From Lingula anatina (taxonomy: Eukaryota > Animalia > Brachiopoda): 64,000 bases of DNA. The stretch lies in the NCBI GenBank assembly GCA_051362555.1, contig CM120642.1:17422001-17486000 (forward strand). The letters are read 5' to 3'. The notes beneath the pieces are model-generated. The model was not told where the DNA came from and ran no database searches. It saw only the letters and a program-made list of their open reading frames with translations. The translations under genes and the position numbers were made by a program. Of this stretch, positions 47,892 through 60,510 are shown piece by piece. Position 1 is the stretch's first letter. Every line of letters starts with the position of its first letter.

Positions 47892-50800
47892 ATGAGTTTA
47901 AGCAATTTTTTTTTGTGTTTAATTTTCACTGTACCTCATTCTGGCATTTCCAAAGTTTAACTCTTATCAGCCTGACACCTTAGGGACTATTTCCAGACCC
48001 TATCACGCTAACTGTGGATCGATCTATCTCCATGGGAATTCTCGCTAAATTGCAATCAATGTAAGTGGCTTAGTTGTCTGTCACGCCTACTGAAACTGGC
48101 ATGCCAGAATCCTAAGACTCTCAAACTGAAAGCAATTTAGTGAGAAACCCCTTGGAGTTGGATTGATCCTGTTAGATTGATCTAGGTATGTGAACTTAGT
48201 CTAATGCTTGATACACATTTTACTTTCATCCTAATCCAATGTTATGCAGAATAAGAATTTGATTTTGGCTATGCATTTACAGTTAGCATAATACATTAGT
48301 TCATCAGAATTGACAGTATCCTATTTCCTGCGTTTTTATTTTCTGGTTTTTGTCTGTACATTTGACAGCTTTGCTGCCTTGTTTCTTTCTCTTCTTCTTC
48401 TTTACTTTTATTTATTTATTTTATTTTTTTTTTGGGGGGGGGGGGGGGGGAGCGGTGTAAAGGTTTTTTCCACCCAGTACTTTTATTCCATCCAGTACTT
48501 TTATTAAATTTCGAGATTTTTTTCCACCCAGTACTTTTATTCCATCAGTACTTTTATTAAATTTTGAGATTTTTTCCACCCAGTACTTTTATTCCATCAG
48601 TACTTTTATTCGATACTTCAGAGTAGGCTTTTCATAAAACTCACAGAACTGATGATTATAAGTAAAAGAATGGTCAAGATTGAAAATCAGCATGACCAGG
48701 CCCTTTTCTTTCAAATGTTATGCTGTTTTGTTTTTTTTTTTCAGCATATAAGTAACACTGTAAGCACATTTCAGGGAGAACCAATAAGCCTGTTTTCATG
48801 AAACTCACAGGAGTAATCAATGTTATCTATATACAAATCAAGTTTAAAAATAAGATTGATTGGTTGAGTTTTGAGGGACTTCAGCTTTTATTTGTATATA
48901 AGTGGTTTTCCTCAGATTTGATTGTCAGGCATGTTGACAGTTTCGTTATTGAACTAACTAGATATGTAAATATGTAAATATGTTAGTGTTTGTCTGAAAT
49001 TTTCTGCATCTTTACAACATTGCTAGTTGATTAAATAAATATGACGGTAAACATGTTATCATGTACTGTGTAATACAGTGTCTCAAAATGGAGGAAATGG
49101 GGTGATTATTTTCAAAAGTTTTGCATTTTTTTTTCTCCTTTTTTCAGTGTACATGCAACACTGTAAACACACTTCAAGGAGAACCAATAGGCCTGTTTTC
49201 ATGAAACTCAGAGAACTGATGATTATTAGTAAATTAAAAAGAATGATCAAGATTGAAAATCAGCATGACCAGGCCCTTTTCTTTCAAATGTTATGCTGGT
49301 TTTTTTTCAGCATATATGTAACACTGTAAGCACATTTCAAGGAGAACCAATAAGCCTGTTTTCATGAAACTCACAGAACTGATGATTATTAGTAAAAGAA
49401 TGGTCAACATTGAAAATCAGCATGACCAGGCCCTTTTCTTTCAAATGTTATGCTGTTTTTTTAAAGCATATAAGTAACACTGTAAGCACATTTCAGGAAG
49501 AACCAATAACTTAAAGCCTGTTTTCATGAAACTCACATAACTGATTATTATGAGTAAAAGAATGGTCAAGATTGAAAATCAGCATGACCAGGCCCTTTTC
49601 TTTCAAATGTTATGCTGTTTTTTTTTCAGCATATAAGTAACACTGTAAGCACATTTCTGGGAGAACCGAGAGGCCTGTTGTCATTAAACTCACAAGAGTG
49701 ATCAATGTTATCTATATACAAATCAAATTTAAAAATAAGATAGATTGGTTGAGTTCTGAGGGACTTCAGCTTTTATTTGTATATAAGTGGTTTTCCTCAG
49801 ATTTGATTGTCAGGCATGTTGACAGTTTCGTTATTGAATTAACTAGATATGTAAATATGTTAGTGTTTCTCTGAAATTGTCTGCATCTTTACAACATTGC
49901 TAGTTGATTATATAAATATGATGGTAAACATGTTATCATGTACTGTGTAATACAGTGTCTCAAAATGGAGGAAATGGGGTGATTATTTTCAAAAGTTTTG
50001 CATTTTTTCTCCTTTTTTCAGTGTACATGCAACACTGTTAACATATTTCAAGGAGAACCAATAAGCCTGTTTTCATGAAACTCACAGAACTGATGATTGT
50101 TAGTAAAAGAATGGTCAAGATTGAAAATCAGCAAGACCAGGCCCTTTTCTTTCAAATGTTATGCTGTTTTTTTTTTTTTTTTTTTTTTTCAGCATATATG
50201 TAACACTGTAAGCACATTTCAGGGAGAACCAATAAGCCTGTTTTCATGAAACTCACAGAACTGATGATTATTAGTAAAAGCATATTAGTAACACTGTAAG
50301 CACATTTCAGGGAGAACTGATAGGCCTGTTGTCATTTAACTCACAAGAGTGATCAATGTTATCTATATACAAATCAAATTTAAAAATAAGATTGATTGGT
50401 TGAGTTTTGAGGGACTTCAGCTTTTATTTGTATATAAGTGGTTTTCCTCAGATTTGATTGTCAGGCATGTAAACAGTCTCATTATTGAATTTACTAGATA
50501 TGTAAAATGGGTTGTTTGACAATTTCTGCGTCTTGACAATATTGCTAGTTGATTATATAAAAATGGTGGTAAACCTGTTATCTTGTATTGTGTAAAAAAA
50601 GTGCCAAAATGGAAATGAACTCGTATCATTGTAGTTTGTCAGATTCAATCATTCACAATGTTCGGAATGGAGGAAATTGGACATTTAAACTTGTTATATT
50701 GATATTTTTGCCATCTCAACAATTTTCTTAGTTGATCATGTGAAATGGCAGTAAACTGTATTATTTTATGTAAAAAAGTTAAAAATGGAAAGAAACCCAT

Positions 50801-51680
50801 TTCAGTACAGTGCACTCTTGTATACATTTAGCATTTTCAAAGTATGACTTTGGAGTTCCATGAACCTGAAAACCTTTGCTAGTCACATTTTCTGAATATT
50901 CATGATACTAATATTTTATTATAAAAAATTGATGATCATTATGCTGTTAAGCATTATATAATATTGCATCAAATTGGAAGAAAGCACAATTTTGGGTGCT
51001 GCTGGCATGATGTCCTCAATTGTAAGATTGTGTACTGTTCAAGTCTGTATCCAATGGACGACACTTTGTGTTATCAAAATACAAAATTCATGATAATAAA
51101 AGAGTGCTAAATAGAAAATAAGCATTATGAAAATAAAATGTTTGAAAACGAATTTCTTTGGTCTTTTATTTTATTTCATCAGTATCCTTTCTTTTCCTAA
51201 ATTAATTGATGTTTTATCTCATAATCTTCAATTCTAAAAAAGTGGCAAAGCCCAGCATTAAATATTGTATAACTGTTCATTTAATCATCACCTCTGGTGT
51301 TATTTTGGAATTTACCTTAAATATGAAAGAATTTCATAAAAATGTGAATTGCTGCAAAGTAACGCTATATAAAATTTGCTTTGCATTAAAAGTACAATCA
51401 TTTTTACATGTAGATGCATGCATGTCCTCGGTTGTAATGTGTAGTGTCTGTCCGTGTGTGTGTCCGTGTGTGTCCTCGGTTAGAATGTAAAATTCTTGTC
51501 AGCAAAAAATTAGTTTTTATAAAAAATTAATTTATAACATTCATACTCAAATAGATTTTACCCTAAATTGAATGTTTTTATTTTGATTTAACCAAGGAAT
51601 AAGATGTCCTCGGTTGTATGGTGTTGTGCTGATGTCCTCGGTTGGTACACATAGACAAGTATGTGTGTGTGTGTGTGTGC

Positions 51681-51713
<33 letters not shown>

Positions 51714-54700
51714 GGAGTAAGAGAAAGAGAAAACGAGAGATACAGAGCGGAAGAGGAGGGTCGCACGTCTATATTTGTGCTTCTCCTTATTTGTCCATTT
51801 GTGTTGGAGTGTGCATGTGCGTGCAAACCTGTGTGCACGTGCGTGTGTGTGCATATGAGGGACGTTCGACAGTCAACGAATTCCTTCGCTTCCAGCACCT
51901 GACATGAATGTTATTTAAACATGCATGAGAAATGCAATTATTCCGGTGCACATGTTCAGAGGTAAATCAATACATGAAATAACATATCTAAGGCCACACT
52001 TTTTTAATTTTATGGATGACATCCTGCGCGCGCACGGATTTTCGCCCGTTCTCAAAAAAAAAAAAAAAAAAAGCCCCCCCCCCCAGCCCCCAACGAAGTC
52101 GGTTGACGCAAACGTTGTTATTGAATTTGCAAGGAAATGAGCTTTCTGCGCATGCGTATTTTCGCCACGTGGAAATGCGGCCACTTTGCTGTCAAATTCA
52201 TCTCTAGGATTACTTTCAAATTACACAACAATAAAAGTCATAAAGAGAACGGGCGCCATCGTTTTGGATTGGTATGCCATTGATATTGGGCATGGAGATA
52301 TCACCTTTTTACAATTGTGCGAAAGGCTGGCGGCAGCCGAAACATTTCTGTGACATTCTGTATAAAGCAGCACATTAATAGGCCTACCAGGTTTTCTGTA
52401 GCGAAAAAAGGGTCGACAAGGGCGTCGAGGTATTTGGTGGGCTGAAGGTCGGACAGGCCACCTGACAGTTTAGCTGCTTCGTGTGAGTTGAAGTTGACAA
52501 AATGGCATCGTTTGAAATGACCTTTAATAGATTTGGTAGTATTAAGCATATCTTTGCATCATTTTTTAAACATTTCTGTGAAGTGTTCAAAATGTTTTAA
52601 CATTCTGAGAATACAAATAAAGACACACTGTTTGATTGATATTTGTTTTATTGATTGCTATACCAAATGAATGCATGAAATAACCTTAAATAGATTTGGT
52701 AATATGAAGTATATCAATTCATGACTTTTTTTACATTTCTACGAAGTATTCACAATGCTTTAATATTTTGAGAGCATGGATAAAGACATATTGTTAGTTT
52801 GATACGTGTTTCTGTGGTTAAATTTGTGTTTCCAGCTGTGTACTGACAGCATTCCTTTACTTAAGCAGTTTTTTTTTTTTTTTTGGACTGTTTTTTTTTT
52901 TTTTTTCGCCCTCTCGCACCGATTTTGGGGTACCCAGAGGATGTCATCCATAAAAATAAAAAAGTGTGGCCTAACAGAAATAAAGAAATGTGTTAATGAG
53001 ACATAAAACATTCATTTTATTCATCAGAGTTGGGGCTCAAGAACCCTTGTCGGAACAATGGAACATACCATGGGGACCACTGCCATTGCCCACCTGGATT
53101 TTCCGGCTCCTTCTGTGAAACCAGCACCAGTTATTGCGTCAAACCTGGTATATGCAGTGGACGAGGGAAGTGTTATGACACGTACAACTTTCATCGTTAC
53201 ATATGTAAATGTGACAGTGGTTTTACGGGAAGAAATTGTGAAACAAACATAGACGATTGCCGGCCAGATAGATTTAAGTGCAGTGGGCGGGGGAGGTGCA
53301 TTGATGGGGTGAATAGCTACACTTGCTCGTGCGACAAAGGTTTTACTGGAAAGAACTGTGAACGTAACATCAACGATTGCGATCTACGCTCCTGCAGCGG
53401 ACATGGATGGTGCCAAGATGGCATCAATAGTTATACGTGCCATTGTGACGCTGGTTTTACTGGCGTGGATTGTGAGGCTAAAATAAACGAATGCGCCAGC
53501 AACCCATGCCACCAACAGCAAGGGACGTGCAAAAGCGTGTTGGGCAGTTATAAATGCCATTGTCACCCAGGGTTCACGGGTGAAACTTGCGACGTCAATA
53601 TAGACGAATGTGCATCTCAACCATGTAAGAATGGAGGTACCTGCACTGATGAAGTCGATGGGTTTTCCTGTCAGTGCTTACCTGGATTAACGGGGAAAAT
53701 GTGCGAGACTAGCACCAATGAATGTGACTCTCAACCGTGCAAGAACAACGGGACGTGCAAAGATGGGATGAACTTTTACGTCTGCATTTGTCCCGCTGGG
53801 CTGACTGGCAAAACGTGCACCTTGAACGTAGATGAATGTAAATCTAACCCTTGTGTAAATGGTGCTGTGTGTGAAGATGCCTTAAATGGTTATGTTTGTC
53901 GATGCAGAAATGGGTTTACTGGAAAACACTGTGAGACCAACGTTGACGAATGCGCATCTCAACCGTGCAGGAATAACGCCACATGCATCGACGGTATGAA
54001 CAGATATTCTTGCTCGTGTGTAAATGGTTTTACCGGTTCTAACTGTGAAACTAACATCAACGAATGTGCATCTCAACCGTGCAAAAATAACGCCACATGC
54101 ATCGACGGTATTGACGTATATTCTTGTTCGTGTGTAAATGGTTTTACCGGTTCTAACTGTGAAACTAACATTGACGAATGTGCATCTCAGCCGTGCAAAA
54201 ATGTCGCCACATGCATCGACGATATCAATGGATATTCTTGCATATGTGCAGTCGGTGTTACAGGTTCCAGCTGCGAGACCAAAATTAACGAATGTGCATC
54301 TCATCCCTGCAGACATGGCGCTACGTGTACAGATGTTGTCGACGGATACATGTGTCAGTGCCCCTCTGGTTTTACCGGTTCTCGATGTCAAACCAGCATA
54401 GATGAATGTGCATCCAATCCTTGTTTGAACAACGGCTCATGTCAAGATGAACTCAATGGATACATTTGCCAATGTCCAGATGGTTTTAGTGGAGTTAAAT
54501 GTGAATTGCCACCAACCACAATTCCAAGTACTGTAACAAAATCCTCGAGCACCACCACCACTATGGCACCAAAAGGTAAATTAAGTGTAACATGGTTAAG
54601 TTTGGTTTGTAAGTATTCAAATGCAAAAGTATCGCTTTGTAAGTAATCAAATGCAAAAGTATCAAAACCATATATCCATGCAGCATAATCACCGCTGGAT

Positions 54701-54945
54701 ATATAATTTTGATAAAAGAGAAACGAAGGCCAATAGAGAAAGAATCTGTTTCAATATCAAATAATTTCCAGTAAAGTCAAAAACTTTTGGGTTGCAACGA
54801 GGCCTGAATTAGTCTAATGATTTCCCACACATTTTCGTTCCAGACCCTTGTGATCCCAATCCTTGTCCTGAAACAGCACCCGGGCATCCGATACCATGCA
54901 AAAGCATAGGTGGCAGCACTAACTTTGAATGTGTGGGACTCAATG
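42973..54945 (+). CDS. Gene B: signal peptide - CTLD - 13 EGF - Thr-rich - 4-Cys EGF-like; exons 42973-43102, 43397-43685, 44174-44202, 44430(or 44448)-44549, 53028-54575, 54844-54945; probably continues downstream
   Basis: Exon-by-exon paralog of gene A in inverted orientation, phases conserved, frame open; last donor G|gtgagt in phase 1. Confidence 0.85.
44680..44815 (+). pseudogene. Decayed duplicate of CTLD exon 4 in gene B
   Basis: tatgatacacagtgagtga..gtgt.tttatttacttac...ggttggtgcagcagcctc...tgtaattgcgccc matches the exon 4 acceptor region of gene A. Confidence 0.65.
45253..48623. mobile_element. Nested TA-flanked TIR element (Tc1/mariner-type ends)
   Basis: TA|CTCTGAAGTATCAAATAAACGTAC...GTACTTTTATTCGATACTTCAGAG|TA; subterminal ccacccagtacttttatt repeats. 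Confidence 0.6.
46015..47525 (+). mobile_element. Helentron-associated non-autonomous element (HINE/pearl-like)
   Basis: T-rich start, palindrome TGTACAGACACAGATGTGTCTGTACA, (GTCGCC)n microsatellite, then about 160-bp core repeats containing GAAACTTACAG...GTCAAGTTCGAAAATCAG. Confidence 0.6.
48626..51005 (+). repeat. Satellite array of about 170-bp units with a higher-order period of about 890 bp, related to the HINE core
   Basis: Repeated ttttcatgaaactcacagaactgatgatta...gattgaaaatcagcatgaccaggcccttttctttcaaatgttatgctg; 48630-49520 resembles 49520-50410; 50420-51000 resembles 46930-47525. Confidence 0.8.
51992..52971. mobile_element. PIF/Harbinger-type non-autonomous element (980 bp)
   Basis: TAA|GGCCACACTTTTTTAATTTTATGGATGACATCCT...AGGATGTCATCCATAAAAATAAAAAAGTGTGGCC|TAA; the matching site in the gene A intron (about 25865-25895) is empty. 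Confidence 0.88.
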
Positions 54946-56476
54946 GTGAGTAGCATATACCTTCTACATCTTTAATGACATGTGGCAATTTCAACGGATC
55001 CACATTTATAACCACAGGCCGAGCCTGAGTCATCGTCCTTTCTGCGTCCTGTAGTATGGTTCCGTTTGTTGGTTAAAACATATTACTTAACTTGTCGACA
55101 ACTGGCCAATCATTGAACACTCATTCCGCGACCAAAGCTATGCTTGTGCATCCTTTCTACGACCACAGCGATGCCAGTTCCATGGTCGCAAAAAGGGCGC
55201 AGAAAGGGCACCGTCCAGTGTAAAGGTGGTTTTACCTGGTAAAGTACACTTGCACCTTGTGTTAATGGGGTTACTGGAAGCTCACCAGCGTTATCAGTAT
55301 GTCTCAGCCGAGTGGAGACGGCAAAGATGAGACTGAATCCTTGGAGGTTTATTCATTTATTTATTAAACTTTATTTATTAAGGGTAAAACATTACCTTCC
55401 CCATCTTATTTATGACGTTTGTAAAAGTATACAAAATGACGTGTATTAAATAAGATTATCAAAAATCACAATAAAATATGTATACAAATTAAAACAATAA
55501 CAATAATAACAATCCCATGAGCCTGGTTATTAGTATTGAAAATAGGTTTGGGAGTAGTTCTTTTATTAATTTTCACCAATGCAGCAGCGGCCTTAATTGA
55601 TCGTATACTGCCACACGATAAAACTGGGAGGTTATGTTTACCCTTTTATCATCTGAGGGCGATGACATTGCAGTGGATGGATATAACACCTGGGCAGTCA
55701 TAAATACTAAAGTCTGAGGCATGGTTTTACTTGTTTGACTTTTCTACATTGTAAAATCCCTGACATACTCACAAGCAAACAAATCGTTGCCCTATTTTGT
55801 GAATAACTTCAAAAACCAATGTCACTGCTTTGCACATGTGGCAATTTCAGTACCTGATTATTTTTTTTCAAACAATACTGAAAAGAATAAAGGCGGATAT
55901 TTACAAGGTATTGTTCATATTTTTATGTAAACATCACTAATACATTTTTACAACTTAGCATTTAGGCAAGAAGCAAGCTAGTGGTTCACTGTTCACAAAC
56001 GCAATCTAACAATCTAACAATTCGACAGGAAGCACAGTATTTGGGAATAAAATGTAGAAATATATACAACAGGTGCTATTTACAATTAGAAATCATAAAA
56101 AATGATATCATTGGATAAGGCCGAGCCAGCCGCCCCCCCCCCCCTCCCCCTTGGCCTGGGACTCGGGACCCGATGAAGGGCCCGAAAAGGTTTTGGTATT
56201 TTAGAGGGCGAACGGTGCAGTTTGGTACGGTTTAGAACTATAAATCAGCTAGTCAAAATTCTAATTTCAGGAGGGGAATATTAGTGTGATTTATTTTTCA
56301 GAAACCGAAAGGGGGATCAGGACCCCCCTTACCCTCCCCCTCTAAATCCACCACTGGTCTTTTAAGATATTTAAAAATACCTCAGACTAAATATATGTCT
56401 TAATTGCTACATGTACTACACAACAGGGGTATCTCACGCGAATATTAGTGTGACATGTAACTTCTAAAGACACTAA

Positions 56477-56688
56477 TACCCCCTTTACACTGGACGGCGT
56501 CCTTTCTGCGACCATGAAATTTGGCATCGCTGTGGTCTTAATAAGGAGGCAGGAGCATTGGTTTTGTATCAGAATGAATGCTCAATGATCAGCCAGTTGT
56601 CGGAACGTAAAGTATTATAATTTTTTAACTCTCAAATGGGGCCGTACTGCTGGACGCAGAAAGGACGCCGTCCAGTGTAAAGGGGGCC
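56477..56688. mobile_element. Harbinger-like MITE, same family as 30489-30709
   Basis: Near-identical sequence and TIRs; TAA/TTA flanks. Confidence 0.8.
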
Positions 56689-56964
56689 TTAGAGAGTGCA
56701 TGTATATTTACCCTAGGTATCGGGGATGTGTTATCAAAACCAGCTCGTGTATACAGGATTTAAAAAGACAGCTGAGAAAATGTTGCCGCAAAATAACAAG
56801 CGATATGCATTCAAAACACTGACAGCAATCTGTAATTACTAGTTTCTCGTACACTTCATCGGTTTTATAAGTTGAAATATATATACACACAGTTTTTAAT
56901 AAAAGGCCGATTTGTAAGCGTGCCCTGACCAAGATCGACTGAACATTTTTTGTCTCTTTTACAG

Positions 56965-57579
56965 AAAGTACATCTACAGCAGCGCCATGTTCTGCAAATC
57001 CCTGCAAAAACGGCGGGCAATGCAAGGAGACTGATTCTAGCGCTACCGGTACATACAAAAGTAACCTCGGTGACTACCAATGTATATGTCCTCCATTTTA
57101 TACCGGCAAGCATTGTGAAGCCCAAATCGATTTCTGTCAGTCCAACCCATGTCAGCATGGGTCTACATGCGCTCCGAAGCTTGGGGGCTACAACTGCACC
57201 TGTCCGGCCACCCACAAGGGCACCCAATGTGAAACCCGCGTCGACCCATGCGCCAGCTCCCCCTGTGTTCACGGCGGACGCTGTACCACACAACTCAATG
57301 GGACCTTCCAGTGCACATGCCCCAATTTGTGGTCCGGTGCCCGCTGTGAGCGATGTCTGTGTCAGAACGGAGGTAAATGTGACTACAGTCCCACTGACGG
57401 CCACGTGTGTCGCTGCCAAACTGGGTTCATCGGGATGAAGTGTGATACTAAAGTGAACGAATGCGACAGCTGGCCATGCCGCTATGGCATATGCACTGAC
57501 TTGGTTAACGGTTATAAATGTGTCTGTCACCCTGGCTACACAGGTAAAGACTGTGAAGTCAAGACTGGCAGTTTGATTG
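56965..57579 (+). CDS. Exon encoding 5 EGF domains (downstream exon of B or of an adjacent gene)
   Basis: Acceptor tctcttttacag| in phase 1; STSTAAPCSANPCKNGGQC...YQCICPPFYTGKHCE AQIDFCQSNPC... VNECDSWPCRYGICTDLVNGYKCVCHPGYTGKDCE; exact donor uncertain. Confidence 0.78.
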
Positions 57580-58509
57580 GTTAATATATTGGCCGAGTAC
57601 ATTTCTGTACGGTACCAGTTTGAGAAAGTGTCAACTTTGTAGCTATGGCAGGCAGTAATGCCAGAGTCGCCTCAACGGACCCCGCAAGTTTACTGAATTA
57701 ATTCTGACATTCTGACTGGTACAATTGGGCTTGTGAAAGGGGTTAAACCCCTGGCAGCGTACTTACATTTTAAAAGCAGTAACTGGTGCGATACAGAAAA
57801 GTGTATCGCTCAACGTGAAAAAAAAAATCATAGAGACTTGTTTTTAGCTGAAAATAAGGCCTTCAATTGTAATTCCTAGAGTGGACTGAATTTTTAATGT
57901 TGGCATCACTAAAAGGCATTCGCGGATCGACCTCATTGATTCAGAACAGACATTAAATTGCTTAACAGCTTAAATTATTTGCCACCATTGTTTGAAGTAA
58001 TATTGGTCTCTGAACTCTCACTTTTGTGTGGATCACAATGCAGTAAGTTTAAAACGGTATTTGGTGAATTAATTTCAGATATTTAACATCGCTTGCGCTT
58101 ATTATGGAGGAAACATTACACTTAAACTGATTTTATTTTATATGATTTTCCCGGTGCAGCAGGAAATACGTGGTTGTTAGACAGAAATGTATACTAATCA
58201 ATCTGAAAAGACAAAAAGGAGCAAAGCTGTAAAATACACAGACGGTAAAGCTTATAATGATGCACAAAATGCTTTTTTTCTCAATTTGATGCTATTTTAT
58301 ATGCTGCTTAATACAAAACCAATATATTTTTTCTAATGAGATTAGGCTCAATTAAATTATGTGGTAGCTATAGATGGATCAGTTTTACTTGCTTAGAAAT
58401 ATGAGCCAATAAATATACAAAGTACATTTTATGTGGAAAAGTAGATCAAAAGTCAAATTCACGGTCACATTAAGATGTCCATATACTACTCGCTATTCAA
58501 GTTCAAAAC

Positions 58510-58627
58510 GCATGGGTAGAGTTATTGGGTATGCATGTGTATGCAGTGTAGGTTATACAGGGACAGTTTGTCAAACTTCCATCAACATGTGCCTCCCTAC
58601 TCCTTGCGAGAATGGCGGAATCTGTGT
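58510..58627 (+). pseudogene. Truncated EGF-exon relic
   Basis: GYACVCSVGYTGTVCQTSINMCLPTPCENGGICV is half an EGF plus half an EGF, with no clean acceptor. Confidence 0.55.
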
Positions 58628-58654
58628 AAGTGAGCTGTGCGGATCTTTAAACAC

Positions 58655-59160
58655 CTACACGTGTGCGCGTCTGTCCTGTTGTATCTGTGAGCAGTACATC
58701 ACAATCAAAATGTTCATGAGAAAACAATACATAAGTCTGATTGTGTTGGTTTTATTAACTTATGGACAAACGTAGGAAAAGAGGAGGTAGCACCTTTTCA
58801 TTTCAAGCCGTGACTTATAACAGTCATGTTGAGTACAGGTACATGGGCATAAGGTTCTGTAGTTTCATGTACGACGCAAAACAACGAGGGCTTGTTTGAA
58901 TACAGTTGTCTAAAATATATTCATATTTATATATATTTATATCATGATTTCCAAATTTATAATTCAGACCAATTGTTTCACGTTTTTGTCATTTTTATCT
59001 GAAACATGAAAACACACATACAAAGAAAAAAAAACACGCGCCGTTCACATCGACACTTACACCGCAAGCACGAACGTGCGCAAACACACAAAGAGGCACA
59101 GTTATTGAGACAAGTTGCAGTCGTATATATTTTCCACTGGTGTTTGTTTATGGTAAAAAG
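58655..59160 (-). repeat. Extra copy of the upstream region of genes A/B
   Basis: Matches 28240-28690 and 29005-29190 in the same orientation (catcacaatcaaaat..., gtgacttataac, gtttcacg.ttttgtcatt, ttgagacaagtt.c.gtcg.atattt). Confidence 0.65.
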
Positions 59161-60379
59161 TAATAATACGGGGGGGGGGGGGGGGGGGGGGTATTACAGG
59201 TGACATCTTAAAACACGTTTAGTAAAACTCACACCCTTGGTAATGTTATCTCCAATCAAGATAGCCCACTAAAATTAGATCAAGTACATATTTCAGGCCC
59301 GTAGACAGGGGTGGTTCGGAGGGTCGAAAGAACTCCCTTTTTGCTGGGAAAAATGTCCCCTCTGGGTAAAATTTTACATAAGTACATGGAAGTTTCATTG
59401 TAAAAAGATCCACTTTTTCAGAAAAAGAACCCCCTCTTTGAAAATGCTGGCTTCCGGCCCTAATTTGTATATCTGAACATAAGAGTGACTTCCAAATGAG
59501 ACTTAGCCCAGACATGTAGGGCTGTTTCCAGAGGTCAACCGAGTATGGGGTTTAATTGGTTTGCATGAAATTTGGCGTTTTTACTTTCTTAGAACGGCCA
59601 TGGACATACTCCTTGATCACCAAAACCACCACCGATGGCTTTGAAAGATCTTGTTTAAAAATTGCAACCACTCAAAAGCATTCTAAAAAGTAGCATTTAA
59701 TACGAAGAGAAAAATTAAATTCGTAATAACAACTTTTCAAATGAAATGTAGACTTTCTTTTTTATTATAAAATGTTGTGCCACTTGGAACAATGAAAATC
59801 GAACCCACCTTTTTTATTTTATTTTATTTATTTATTTTCATTTTTTGCTTTTATATCTATAGAAATTAATAGGAGATAATGCTTATCATGCCTCGACTTA
59901 CATTATTCATTTATTTTTGTTTCATCTTAAGACTGAATTTAATTCAAAATATTTTATTTTAACACATCAGAATTATATAAACATCATTATAAATCAAACT
60001 GCACTGATCATATCTTGGCCAAATAAAATACTAGAATAAAAATAACTAAAGGTAAACGACTAGAGATAAAAAAAGGACCAAATAAATTAGCATCTATTAA
60101 TGAATTAAACAAGGTACAAATACATTAATTTCAATTAGCCGTTAGATACAATGTAGGAACACTAATAATCAATGCTCAAAGAAAAAACAATAACTATAAT
60201 CACAAACGCAAACTGTATTGATGATGTGTCTGTTTACCGCAGTATCAAGTAGCCAACCGAGACAATCAGAATTGACCCAACTGCAGACCGCGCTCGTAAC
60301 CCTTAATATATATTTTAGTTGCTTTCAGCCCTTCTGCTTGATTAACACTTCATAAAAACATTGCCAACGACCGAAAAAA

Positions 60380-60510
60380 ACACAAAAACATTCACAGGCC
60401 ATTATCACCCTAATGAGAACTTAAGCTTCAAATGTAGGAAGGGTTACGTGCTGAAATATGATTTCATGGAGAGGATATGCCAGTCAGCGGATCTGGGGTT
60501 TGGAGCCTCT
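60380..60510 (+). pseudogene. Sushi/CCP-like exon fragment, probably decayed
   Basis: HYHPNENLSFKCRKGYVLKYDFMERICQS fits Y..G..V.F.C..GY.L....R.C but the conserved Trp and flanking Cys are missing. Confidence 0.4.

Larger units (their letters stand above)
44837..51659. mobile_element. 6.8-kb composite TIR element inserted in a (TG)n microsatellite
   Basis: Both ends CTTGT-N11-AACCGAGGAC (inverted); multiple subterminal AACCGAGGAC/GTCCTCGGTT repeats; (TG)n on both flanks. Confidence 0.65.

Noticed and set aside
48460-50410. Regularly spaced repeats resembling a CRISPR array
   Set aside because: Eukaryotic context, no unique spacers and no cas genes; these are transposon subterminal repeats and satellite
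51578-52207. Several ORFs rich in HT/CV/ER/K runs
   Set aside because: Translations of (CA)n, (GA)n and poly-A tracts and MITE sequence
56865-57602. 245-aa minus-strand ORF and 162-aa plus-strand ORF
   Set aside because: Antisense and off-frame shadows of the 5-EGF exon
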